Source: a virus (taxonomy: Duplodnaviria > Caudoviricetes). From it: a stretch of DNA of 27,758 nucleotides. Made by a program: the position numbers and the translations under genes. The notes below the pieces were generated by a model that was given only the letters and a program-made list of their open reading frames with translations, had not been told where the DNA came from and ran no database searches. The stretch lies in IMG/VR virus record IMGVR_UViG_3300005805_006186, positions 1 through 27,758 of that record; one strand, written 5' to 3'. This document shows, one piece after another, positions 15,661-25,400 of this stretch (positions are counted from its first letter, which is position 1; each line of letters opens with the position of its first letter).

Positions 15661-16517
15661 TTAATCTTTGGTATGAGGATTCTCATTTTCAGGGAAGAAT
15701 GACAGGTCCAGAAAAACTATTAAATAACTTAAAAGAATCTTTGGAGTTATCTAATATTCCTTATGCTATTAATGAGGATAAGTTTGATAAAAATTTTTTG
15801 GTTCATTATGATGCTAAAGGATATGAAAAGCACGAAAATTTAGATCACGAAACTTGTTTTATAGGACCTCAGTTTTGGCCTTTCGATAATTGGGGTCAAT
15901 TTTTAACTTCCAATCCAAACTATTATAATAAACTTATTGTTCCATCTGACTGGGTTAAAAATCTTTTAACTTCTAAGTTGAATGTATCTGATGATAAAGT
16001 ATCAGTTTGGCCTGTTGGTATTTCAGAATCTAACTTGAATCGGAATGTGAGGTATGACTGTTTGATCTACTACAAGAGAAGATCTGAAAAAGAACTGGAT
16101 ACTGTTTGTAATTTTCTTGCAAGTAAAAAATTAACTTACAATGTTATTTCATATGGAAATTATGTTGAATCTGATCTTGAACTTTTAGCAAGTCAATCCA
16201 GATTTTGTTTTCTTCTAAATGGAACAGAAAGTCAGGGGATTGCTGTTCAGGAGATAATGGATCAGAATGTTCCTTTATTTGTTTGGGATGTTAAAGATTG
16301 GTCTGATCTGGGTGATGATTATAGAGTAGATGCTACTTCTGTTCCATACTGGGATGATACTTGTGGTGAAAGATTCTTTGATGAATCTGAAATGAGTGAT
16401 ACCTTTTCAAGATTTTATGATAGAATTAATCAATACTGTCCCAAAGATTTTATTAGTAAAAACTTATCTTATGAGCAATCGGTTCAAAAGTTGTTGGAGA
16501 TTTTAAATGCTAATTAG
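15657..16517 (+). CDS. Putative GT-B (GT4-like) glycosyltransferase (start revised to ATG 15657)
   Basis: GPEKL near the N-terminus, IVPSDWV, WPVGI, and an E-x7-E motif (ESQGIAVQE). Confidence 0.6.
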   Translation: MINLWYEDSHFQGRMTGPEKLLNNLKESLELSNIPYAINEDKFDKNFLVHYDAKGYEKHENLDHETCFIGPQFWPFDNWGQFLTSNPNYYNKLIVPSDWVKNLLTSKLNVSDDKVSVWPVGISESNLNRNVRYDCLIYYKRRSEKELDTVCNFLASKKLTYNVISYGNYVESDLELLASQSRFCFLLNGTESQGIAVQEIMDQNVPLFVWDVKDWSDLGDDYRVDATSVPYWDDTCGERFFDESEMSDTFSRFYDRINQYCPKDFISKNLSYEQSVQKLLEILNAN

Positions 16518-17121
16518 TTTTACAAACTTAAAGAAAAAATATAATATGAATATTACGGGCATTATTCATATTGGTGGTCATTATGGTGAAGAATTGAATG
16601 AATATGTTTACAATGGAATTCAAGATATTGTCGTCTTTGAACCATTGGAAAGAAATTTTGAAGTTCTTTTTAAAAATGTTGAAAAGTTAAATGCAAATAT
16701 TCAGGGATATCAAGTTGCTCTTGGTGCAACAGAAGGTAACTTTGAAATGTATGTTAGCAGCAATGGTGCCTTAAGTAGTTCTTTGCTAAAACCAAAAAAA
16801 CATCTGGAACAATACAAAGACATTACCTTTGATGAGAAAGAGGATGTGGAAGTAAAAACCCTTGATAGTTTTGAGTTGAATGGATATAACTTTATTAATA
16901 TGGATGTTCAGGGTTATGAACTAGAAGTATTGAAAGGTGGAAAAAATACCCTGGACCAAATTGATTATGTTTACTGTGAAGTAAACCGCGATGAAGTTTA
17001 CGAAAATAATGTTTACATTGATGAGTTAGATGTCTTTCTTTCTGATTTTTCTAGAGTAGAAACGGAGTGGACTGGAGAAACCTGGGGAGATGCTCTTTAT
17101 ATTCGTAAGAGGATTCTATGA
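16507..17121 (+). CDS. FkbM-family methyltransferase
   Basis: IHIGGHYGEE, VFEP, VALG, TLD, MDVQGYELEVLKG. Confidence 0.92.
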   Translation: MLISFTNLKKKYNMNITGIIHIGGHYGEELNEYVYNGIQDIVVFEPLERNFEVLFKNVEKLNANIQGYQVALGATEGNFEMYVSSNGALSSSLLKPKKHLEQYKDITFDEKEDVEVKTLDSFELNGYNFINMDVQGYELEVLKGGKNTLDQIDYVYCEVNRDEVYENNVYIDELDVFLSDFSRVETEWTGETWGDALYIRKRIL

Positions 17122-17819
17122 AAGATCTAAAAATTTGTATTTTAACAATCGCAACTAACAAATATATTCAATTTGCTCAAAATTTATATGATACCATTGA
17201 TGAAAATTTTCTCACTGGAAATCATATAGAGGGTTTGTTGATAACTAATCACGATGTAGAATCTTCTGAAAATATCAAAGTCTCTACAATTGAGCACGAA
17301 CCGTGGCCAATGCCAACTCTTAAGAGATATAATTATTTTACTGACGAAGCAGATTACATTTCAAAGTTTGACTATTGTTTTTACTTTGACGTTGATATGA
17401 AAGTTGTCAGTGATATTAGAGAAGATGAAGTTGTAAGTGATCTAGTTGCTGTTCAACATCCTTACAAAATCAATGAGACTCCAGAGCAATTTTCTTATGA
17501 AAGGAGATCTAAATCTACAGCACACATTGGGTATCAAGAAGGTAAACATTATTATGCTGGTGGATTTAATGGTGGGAGCACCAAAGAATTTCTTAAAATG
17601 TCAGAAAAAATTGCAAGTAATGTAACTACTGATTTGAATAATGGAATCGTTGCTGTTTGGCACGATGAATCTCATATGAACCGCTATTTGATTGATAATC
17701 CACCAACTCTGAGTCTTACTCCTTCATACTGTTATGCTGAAGAGTTTTGGGGAACTGATTATCCATATGATCCTAAAATTGTAGCTTTAAAGAAGAATCA
17801 TAATGAACTTAGATCTTAG
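17118..17819 (+). CDS. GT6 family alpha-1,3-Gal/GalNAc transferase (ABO-like)
   Basis: IATNKY, WPMPTLKRY, FDVD (DxD), YERR..S.A, YYAGGFNGG, AVWHDESHMNRY, LTPSY, ALKKNH. Confidence 0.92.
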   Translation: MKDLKICILTIATNKYIQFAQNLYDTIDENFLTGNHIEGLLITNHDVESSENIKVSTIEHEPWPMPTLKRYNYFTDEADYISKFDYCFYFDVDMKVVSDIREDEVVSDLVAVQHPYKINETPEQFSYERRSKSTAHIGYQEGKHYYAGGFNGGSTKEFLKMSEKIASNVTTDLNNGIVAVWHDESHMNRYLIDNPPTLSLTPSYCYAEEFWGTDYPYDPKIVALKKNHNELRS

Positions 17820-18444
17820 AAAAATCCCAGCAATTTATATAAATCTTCAAAGAGATACTGAGAAGAATGAGTATATGCATAATATGCTCACAGAACTTGG
17901 ATTTGAAAATATCATTAGAGTTGAAGCAACGCAATTTCCAGCAGACAGGCATTTGTCTGGATGTTCTTTTTCTCACTTCAATGCACTCAATGAGGTTGAT
18001 GTTCCTTTTATTGTATTTGAAGATGATTGTAGGTTAAATGATTTTCAACCAGTCATTAAAATTCCAGATGATGCTGATGCCGTGTATCTTGGAATATCAT
18101 CTTGGGGGAGAATGAATTCACACTCTGGACCTTTTGTTCAGTATGAAAAAGTTGACGATAATCTTTTAAAGGTTTATAATATGCTTGGGGCACACTCTAT
18201 TCTCTATTTTTCTCAAGAGTATGCTTCTCTTTGTAGTAAGATTTCTATTCAGGCATCTCACATAGCAGATCATCAAGATATTGGATTTGCTGAAGTACAA
18301 AGATATTATAATGTATATGCGTTTGATAATCCTATGTTTTATCAAACAAGTTCTAACGGAACCGATCAAAAGTTAACTACATATCCTTCGGTTGAGGTAT
18401 TTCAACCAACTAAACAATTCTGGAAACCTACTGCATTATATTAA
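17803..18444 (+). CDS. GT25-like glycosyltransferase
   Basis: IYINL.R..E, GC..SH..AL, IVFEDD, AVYLG, GAHSILY. Confidence 0.75.
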   Translation: MNLDLRKIPAIYINLQRDTEKNEYMHNMLTELGFENIIRVEATQFPADRHLSGCSFSHFNALNEVDVPFIVFEDDCRLNDFQPVIKIPDDADAVYLGISSWGRMNSHSGPFVQYEKVDDNLLKVYNMLGAHSILYFSQEYASLCSKISIQASHIADHQDIGFAEVQRYYNVYAFDNPMFYQTSSNGTDQKLTTYPSVEVFQPTKQFWKPTALY

Positions 18445-19340
18445 TGAAATCACTAGTTACTGGCGGAGCTGGATTTATTGGGTCTAATCTCGTTGATCGT
18501 TTACTTCAAATGGGTCACGAGGTTATTGTAATTGATAATGAGCACTCTGATGCTCACGATCAATTTTATTGGAATGATAAAGCACAAAACTATAAGTATG
18601 ACATTCGTGATTATGAAAATACGCGACCTCTCTATGATGGTGTAGATTACGTCTTTCATATTGCAGCAGAAGCACGTATTCAACCTGCTATTGAAAATCC
18701 TATTGAGGCGGTTAGTATCAACTCTGTTGGCACAGTAACCGTTCTTCAGTGTGCTCGTGAAGCAGGTGTCAGGCGTGTAATATATTCTTCTACTTCCTCT
18801 GGATATGGAATGAATCAGACTCCTAACATTGAGACGCAATCCGATGATTGTTTGAATCCCTATTCAGTTTCAAAAGTTAATGGAGAAAAACTGTGTAAGA
18901 TGTATACAAACCTTTATGGTCTTCAAACAATCTGTTTTCGTTATTTTAACGTTTATGGTGAGCGTCAACCTCTTCGTGGACAATATGCTCCTGTAATTGG
19001 AATTTTCTTCCGTCAAAAATCTGCTGGTGAACCTTTGACAATTGTTGGGGATGGTAATCAGCGTCGTGACTTTACTTATGTTGGTGATGTTGTAAATGCT
19101 AATATTATGGCGGCAATTTCAAATCCAGATCCAGATGCCTTTGGTGAAGTTTATAATGTAGGGACTGGGACAAATTATTCTATTAATCAGATTGCTAGAA
19201 TGATTGATCATCCAACTGTAAACATTGCTCCCAGACCAGGTGAAGCAAGAGTTAGTCTTGCAAATAATCAAAAACTTCATAAAACTTTTGGTTGGGAACC
19301 AACTATGAAACTTGAAGATTGGATTTCTGCACATCTATGA
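18444..19340 (+). CDS. NAD-dependent nucleotide-sugar epimerase (UDP-Glc/GlcNAc 4-epimerase-like)
   Basis: TGGAGFIGS, SSTSS, YSVSK (YxxxK), RYFNVYG.RQ, GDGNQRRDFTYV. Confidence 0.9.
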   Translation: MKSLVTGGAGFIGSNLVDRLLQMGHEVIVIDNEHSDAHDQFYWNDKAQNYKYDIRDYENTRPLYDGVDYVFHIAAEARIQPAIENPIEAVSINSVGTVTVLQCAREAGVRRVIYSSTSSGYGMNQTPNIETQSDDCLNPYSVSKVNGEKLCKMYTNLYGLQTICFRYFNVYGERQPLRGQYAPVIGIFFRQKSAGEPLTIVGDGNQRRDFTYVGDVVNANIMAAISNPDPDAFGEVYNVGTGTNYSINQIARMIDHPTVNIAPRPGEARVSLANNQKLHKTFGWEPTMKLEDWISAHL

Positions 19341-20089
19341 TTAATATTTTTACATCTGTAGTTAATCGTCCAGATTTCATTCTTCTGCAGAAAAAGTTAT
19401 TTGATAAGTTTTTGGATAATGAATATCAATTTCATGTAGTTGATGATTCAGTAGATGCTGATATTTCAGAACAGTTTAAAAATATTTGTTCTGAAAATAA
19501 ACTTTATTATTATAAAAAACCATCTAGAACTATTCAAATGAATCCAGCACAAGCTTGTGCTGATACTGTTCAATGGACTTATGATAATATCATAAAAGTA
19601 CGTCATTCTGATGATATTGTATTTTTCTGTGATTCTGATTTGTTTTTAATTGATAACTTCAATATTGAAGAATATATGGAAGATGCCATTGTTTCAGGTC
19701 TTCCACAATATAGAGGATCAGTTACTTATATGTGGAATGGTATAATGTTTTTCAATATGCCAAAGATGACTGATTACGATATTGATTTTTCTGACGGTGT
19801 TGTAAATGGAGAACTGACCGATGTTGGTGGTCATACTTACAACTACTTTAAAAAGAATAACTTCTGGTTTAAAGAAACAGATGTTCAGTATCCAACTCAT
19901 TTCTATGATATAGAACTTCAAAATGAGGAAGTAACACGGGGATATAATTTTGAATTGCATTTAGATGGTAAGTTTCTCCATTATCGTGCTGCCACTAACT
20001 GGTATGCGAACTGGAGAGGTTCTGAAGATCCTCTTGTAAATAAAACAAAAATCTTTGAAAAAATTGTAGAAAGCGTCCTCTCAGAATAA
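19337..20089 (+). CDS. Putative GT-A fold glycosyltransferase (start revised to ATG 19337)
   Basis: VVDDS, FCDSDLF (DxD), YMWNGIMF, DVGG, FLHY; located in the glycan cluster. Confidence 0.55.
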   Translation: MINIFTSVVNRPDFILLQKKLFDKFLDNEYQFHVVDDSVDADISEQFKNICSENKLYYYKKPSRTIQMNPAQACADTVQWTYDNIIKVRHSDDIVFFCDSDLFLIDNFNIEEYMEDAIVSGLPQYRGSVTYMWNGIMFFNMPKMTDYDIDFSDGVVNGELTDVGGHTYNYFKKNNFWFKETDVQYPTHFYDIELQNEEVTRGYNFELHLDGKFLHYRAATNWYANWRGSEDPLVNKTKIFEKIVESVLSE

Positions 20090-20883
20090 TGGAAAAGAAT
20101 AAAGCAACTCATAAACTCAAGGGTCTTCCTCCCATATATTATATTAACTTGGATGATCAACCAGAAAGGGCACAGTGCTTAGAAGATCAATTTAAGTATT
20201 GGGAAATTGAAAATTACACCAGAATTTCTGCTTATGATGGTAGAGATGGAAAAGATCTTGGTGAAATCCTAAAAGGTAGATATCCAGATTTGATGACTTC
20301 TGGTGAGGTAGGGTGTGTAACTTCTCATCTTAAGGCAATGAATCACTGGTTAGAAACTTCTGATTCTCCGTGTGCTCTTATGATGGAAGATGACTGTGAT
20401 ATCGGAACAGTGGCGCACTGGCCATTTAGTTGGAAAGATTTTTATTCAAAAGTTCCATATGATTATGATGTAATTCAATTAGCAATTATTAATCCAGCTC
20501 AAGTACATGTTAGAATGCATCGTCGTTTTGTAAACGATTTTTCTACTGCTTGTTATTTGATTACTCGCCATCACGCACAAAAATTGGTGAATCTTCACGT
20601 TCGTGGTGATAAGTATAAACTTGATAATGGTGTCAAGCCACGTGCTGTAGCAGATGATTTGATTTATAATTCTGGAAATACTTTTGCAATTCCTTTATTT
20701 CTGTATAAAATTGAATTGGGATCTTCGATTCATACCGATCATCTTGATACATTTCATCGGAGTAGTTATGAAGGTCTCTGGCACTTTTGGAAAAATCAAG
20801 CAGTGGATGTACAAGACTGGGGACAAATTTTTGATTATGATCCTTACTTTGGCAGAATTCCTCCAGGGTACGAAGGAAAATAG
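20089..20883 (+). CDS. GT25 family glycosyltransferase
   Basis: YYINLD...ER, RISAYDG, SGEVGCVTSHL, MMEDD, STACYLIT, ADDL. Confidence 0.88.
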   Translation: MEKNKATHKLKGLPPIYYINLDDQPERAQCLEDQFKYWEIENYTRISAYDGRDGKDLGEILKGRYPDLMTSGEVGCVTSHLKAMNHWLETSDSPCALMMEDDCDIGTVAHWPFSWKDFYSKVPYDYDVIQLAIINPAQVHVRMHRRFVNDFSTACYLITRHHAQKLVNLHVRGDKYKLDNGVKPRAVADDLIYNSGNTFAIPLFLYKIELGSSIHTDHLDTFHRSSYEGLWHFWKNQAVDVQDWGQIFDYDPYFGRIPPGYEGK

Positions 20884-20922
20884 TAAGCATTTATACTTAA
20901 AATGTTACGATACGAACATAAT

Positions 20923-20957
20923 GGGGGCTTGACGCCCCTTTATTTTTACTATATAAT
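20923..20957 (+). terminator. Glycan-cluster terminator fused to the hli promoter
   Basis: GGGGC-ttgac-GCCCC followed by a T-rich tail. TTGACG 20929-20934, 17 bp, TATAAT 20952-20957. Confidence 0.85.
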
Positions 20958-20981
20958 GTTGTAAATCTTTACAAACAGATT

Positions 20982-21185
20982 ATGACTGTAACAACGAATG
21001 ATCGTGGTCAGCAGAATATGTGGGCCAAGGAACCTCAAATGGTTTACCAAGAATATAGTCGCAAGGGTCTTCTGACTCCTATGCAAACTACGGAGATGTA
21101 TAATGGACGCTGGGCAATGGTCGGCATTATCGCTGGTGCTATTTCTTATATTATCACTGGCAAACTCTTCTTCGGCATCTTCTGA
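20982..21185 (+). CDS. hli: High-light inducible protein (HLIP)
   Basis: EMYNGRWAMVG chlorophyll-binding ExxNxRxAM motif; N-terminal NMWAKEP; ends TGKLFFGIF. Confidence 0.93.
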   Translation: MTVTTNDRGQQNMWAKEPQMVYQEYSRKGLLTPMQTTEMYNGRWAMVGIIAGAISYIITGKLFFGIF

Positions 21186-21271
21186 TGACTGAAGTAATCT
21201 GGACCACCACTACAATTGCATTTTTTGTGATTTTGGGTTATGCTGTAGAACAACTTTCGGAAACTTACTAA
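21185..21271 (+). CDS. 28-aa single-TM microprotein (not in ORF track)
   Basis: MTEVIWTTTTIAFFVILGYAVEQLSETY*; TGATG and TAATG coupling on both sides. Confidence 0.65.
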   Translation: MTEVIWTTTTIAFFVILGYAVEQLSETY

Positions 21272-21546
21272 TGACATCTGGAATGCTTGGACAGTTTGCT
21301 CTTGCTCTTGAAAAACTTGGATGGGACGCTAATGATGAACTATCAGTTGAAATTGGTGGTGTAGCAGTTACAGGAACTGCAACTCATCCAGATGCAAATC
21401 CAAAATGGGCAAAACCATTTGGAACTGTAACCTATCAAAACGATGCCTTCATTGTAATCAAAAATAAATCTAGGAACCCAGTTGTTCCTTCTCAACCAAA
21501 TCCTGAACTTAAACAAAAACACATTTATCAAGGAGAAACAAAATGA
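21271..21546 (+). CDS. Hypothetical protein (91 aa)
   Basis: Coupled to both neighbours (TAATG, ATGA). Confidence 0.8.
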   Translation: MTSGMLGQFALALEKLGWDANDELSVEIGGVAVTGTATHPDANPKWAKPFGTVTYQNDAFIVIKNKSRNPVVPSQPNPELKQKHIYQGETK

Positions 21547-21662
21547 AATTTGGATTTACCCCTGAGGCTGAGATCCTCAATGCTCGCCTGGCAATGCTCG
21601 GTTTTGTTGCTGGTGTGGGTTCTTATCTGATCACTGGTCAAATTATCCCTGGTGTATTCTGA
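21543..21662 (+). CDS. hli: High-light inducible protein, short form (39 aa; not in ORF track)
   Basis: AGGAG SD; MKFGFTPEAEILNARLAMLGFVAGVGSYLITGQIIPGVF* with AExLNxRLAMLGF and TGQIIPG. Confidence 0.95.
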   Translation: MKFGFTPEAEILNARLAMLGFVAGVGSYLITGQIIPGVF

Positions 21663-22201
21663 TGGAAGTGAATATGCGTAGAGAAGGTTATACTATTCCT
21701 GAAGTTCAATTTCAGTTTCGTGAGAATGGTGAGTTTGTAAATCGTACAACTTCAGAACTCTTTAATGGAAAGCGTGTGGTCATTTTTAGTCTTCCTGGTG
21801 CTTTCACTCCTACTTGCAGTGCCTATCAGCTTCCTGGATTCGAAGAGAAATATGACGACTTTCTGGGTCTCGGCATCGACGATATTTACTGCATCTCTGT
21901 TAATGATGGGTTTGTGATGAATGCCTGGGCACAAGACCAAAATATCGAAAAGGTAACTCTTATCCCTGACGGTAATGCATATTTCACACGTTCTATGGGT
22001 ATGCTTGTCAATAAGTCTAACCTTGGTTTCGGTCTTAGGTCTTGGCGTTATGCTGCAGTCGTGGATAACGGAATCATCGAAAAACTATTCGTTGAAGATG
22101 GTCAACGGGATAATGCAGACACGGACCCATACGAAGTATCGACGCCTGAAAATGTTCTAGAGTATGTGTCGGCAAATGTAAAAATTGGTGCTACTGTTTG
22201 A
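21662..22201 (+). CDS. Type II peroxiredoxin (Prx5-like); alternative start ATG 21674
   Basis: FSLPGAFTPTCS peroxidatic motif, CISVND.FVM.AW, IPDGN..FT, RSWRYA. Confidence 0.95.
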   Translation: MEVNMRREGYTIPEVQFQFRENGEFVNRTTSELFNGKRVVIFSLPGAFTPTCSAYQLPGFEEKYDDFLGLGIDDIYCISVNDGFVMNAWAQDQNIEKVTLIPDGNAYFTRSMGMLVNKSNLGFGLRSWRYAAVVDNGIIEKLFVEDGQRDNADTDPYEVSTPENVLEYVSANVKIGATV

Positions 22202-22222
22202 TATATCTTTTAATAATACTCC

Positions 22223-22256
22223 ACTCTGCTCTAAATAATGGGCAGAGTTTTTTTTT
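22223..22256 (+). terminator. Rho-independent terminator after the peroxiredoxin, with TAAATA in its loop
   Basis: ACTCTGCTC-taaataat-GGGCAGAGT followed by a T-run. Confidence 0.8.
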
Positions 22257-22261
22257 GTATT

Positions 22262-22426
22262 ATGCCACGTGGTCAACTAACTAAGGATATTATTAAATAT
22301 GAAATTCTTAAACTTAAAAGAGATTTGGATAAAGAGTGGATGGTTAAATCTGGATATGATCCAAAATGGTTGGCACATCACTATTTGAATAAAATATTAG
22401 ACAAGATAGAAGAATATAGGGTATAA
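22262..22426 (+). CDS. Small hypothetical protein (54 aa; start revised to ATG 22262)
   Basis: MPRGQLTKDIIKYEILKLK...KILDKIEEYRV*. The upstream ATG lies inside the terminator. Confidence 0.72.
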   Translation: MPRGQLTKDIIKYEILKLKRDLDKEWMVKSGYDPKWLAHHYLNKILDKIEEYRV

Positions 22427-22432
22427 TAAATA
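22425..22432 (+). promoter_or_regulatory. T4-like late promoter upstream of the structural genes
   Basis: AATAAATA about 28 nt before the ATG of the 1294-aa gene. Confidence 0.6.
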
Positions 22433-22460
22433 TTATTAAAGGAAAATTGAAAAATAATTA

Positions 22461-25400
22461 ATGAGCATTTTTAAGAAGTCCATTAAGTACTCAAAACCTT
22501 CGAAAAATATAAATGAAAAAATTAAGAGTCTTGATGAGGGTTTAAAAAAGACTGGAGTTATTGCTGATCAGAATAACTCAGAATTTGTGTGTCTTCATGA
22601 GGAAGTAGAAGAAAATATTCCCAAAATTTATGATGAAGTAAGAGTTGAAAATAAAGAAGATCTTTTTGATTGGAGAAAATCTTTATTAGAAGAATATAGG
22701 ACGGAGTTAAACGAGAATACAACTGAAGAAGATGTTTCTGTTTTTAAATTAAACAGAGTTGAAGGTTATATATCTGAAAGTAATAAAGAATTAATTTTAC
22801 TTAGGGATCAGATTTTTAAAGAAATTTCCGAAGAAACTTTACTCGATCTTCCACAAATTAAGAGTAAAATTTCTAGAGTTCTTGAGATCTATGAGGAATT
22901 ACAAGAGGGATTATTAAATGAACCACCTGATGTAAAAAATGAAGATCCTTTAACACCATTGGATCAGAACTTTGTAACGGTTGAAGATTTAAACAAACAT
23001 TACACTTTATTCATTAATCGTCTTCAGGAACAGATTGCTACTATTGGTGGTGGTGGTGAAACCAAACTCAAGTATCTTGATGATATTGTAGGAATTGCTA
23101 CTAATCCTTCTGCTTATAATAATAAGTTTTTAAAGTATAATCACTCTATAGGTAAGTTTGAATTTGCTACTGTTTCTGGAGGTGGTGGTGGATCACAAAC
23201 CTTGGATGATACTTTAATTCTTGGTAATCAATCTTCTTTGGGAATTGATGTTGGATTATCAACATTTAATAATTCGGTTGTTGTTGGTGGAGGTCAAACA
23301 TCATTAGTTGTAAATGGTGACGTAAGAATTACTGGAATTCTTACAATAGGAACAAATACTGTAACAATCAATGGTAATAATAGCCAGATATCAGTCGGTG
23401 CAAGTATTTCATTAGATCCTTCTACTGGATATGTTACTGCAGAACGTTTTTATGGTGAACTCGCTGGAGTTGCATTTGATTCTTATACTGCACAATACGC
23501 ATACGTTGCTGAGACTGCATTAACTGCTGATGCTATTTCTCCAGGAAGTGATTTAACTGGAATTGGTAGTATAACTGCTACTGCATTTTTTGGTGATGGT
23601 TCTGGGTTAAGTGGTGTAGTTGCAAGTGAGGGAAATGCTTACTATGTAACTGTTGATGGTAGTGATAGTAATACTGGAAATTCTCTTGGTGACACTTTAT
23701 TAACAGTTAGGCAAGCACTATCTCTAGCATCTTCTGGTGATATTATTCGCATTGGTGTTGGTACTTTTACTGAAGAGTTTCCGCTGGAAATCCCCCAGGG
23801 AGTTACTGTTAGGGGGATGGGGCTTCGTGCTACGTTAATTCAACCTACAGAAAGCACTAAAACTGAAGATTGCTTCTTAATGAACGGTGAAACAACTGTT
23901 GAAGATCTCACAGTTGAAAATATGTATGAACCTGGATACGCATTTAAATTTGCTACAGGGATGAAAACAACATCTCGTTCACCATATATTCAGAGAGTAA
24001 CTGTATTAAACAGAGGGACAAACATTACTTCAACTGATCCTTATGGGTTTGATACTGTTCATAATCCACCAGTTTCATACAAATCTGGTAGAGGCATTTT
24101 GATTGATGGTTCTGTTGTTGATCCAACAACACTAGAACCTGCAATGCTTTTCAATGAGTGTACGTTTATTTGCCCAAATAATACTGCACTTGAAATGACT
24201 AATGGTGCAAGAACTGAATGGGTAAACTGCTTCTCATATTTTGCGGACAAGGGAATTTATGCATATTCGAGTGAGAATGGTTTAGGTGGAGTAGGTAAAA
24301 CAAGAATTAAAGTTACTGGAATTACAACTTCTACTGAACCTCAAGAAGATGATTTGCTGTATTATTTTGATGAGAACGTTAAAACATCATCTTATGATCG
24401 AGTTGGTAGTGCAGTAACTGTCACATACTCTGATCATAATCTAAGCAATAACGATCAGGTTTATATTAACTTTACTTCTGGTGGGGCAACCGATGATGAT
24501 ATTTACGTTATTTCTGGAGTAACTACAAACACGTTTAATCTTACTACCGTTGGATCTGGAGATACCACTGGAGATCTAACTTATAAAAAGGCACTAGGTA
24601 TTGGAACTATCAATACTTATTCTAATGGAACTTTTATTTTAAATGGTAAGGGAACAGGGGTTTTCCAGACAGCATCTTCTAGATCTGGTAAAACTGTTAC
24701 TCCATTCAATGAGGCAAGAATTTCAACAGTTCAATATCGATTTGGAACTGCTTCAGCAGTTTTTGATGGTACTGGAGATTATCTACAAGTAATTTCCGAT
24801 GCTGCTTTTGGATTTGGAACTGACGATTTTACTTTAGAATGTTTTATTAGATTAACTTCATCTGGAACAACAGAAACTGTAATTGATCTTAGAGATGGTG
24901 TTTTAGCTGATAATTCTCCAGTTCTTTATATTGCATCTGACGATACTCTAAGGTATTACGCAAACTCTTCAGATAGAGTTGTTGGTGTAACTACTTTATC
25001 CACTAATACTTGGTATCACGTTGCGGTTGCTCGTTCTTCTGGGCAGACTAGGTTATTCCTGAATGGTACGCAAGAAGGTTCTACTTATACGGATTCCAAT
25101 AACTATGGGGTATCAAAACCAGTTCGTATTGGTTCTGATGTAGTAGGTCTGAATGGATTTTCTGGATATATTGATGAGATTAGAATTTCTAATTCTTCAA
25201 GATATGAAACTAATTTTATAACTCCAAATCTTCCTTTTGTAAGTGATCAAACTACAAAACTTCTTCTTCACTGTGATGGTGATAATGATAGTGTAGTTTT
25301 CCTTGATAGTACACTTGTTACTCAGGATGTTCGAGTAGTAACTTCTGGTATTGGATCTGTAAGTTTACTCACCGCAACTACAATCACTCTTGCTGACTAC

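Noticed and set aside
20961-20972. NtcA site at the hli promoter
   Set aside because: GTA-N6-TAC, not the required GTA-N8-TAC.
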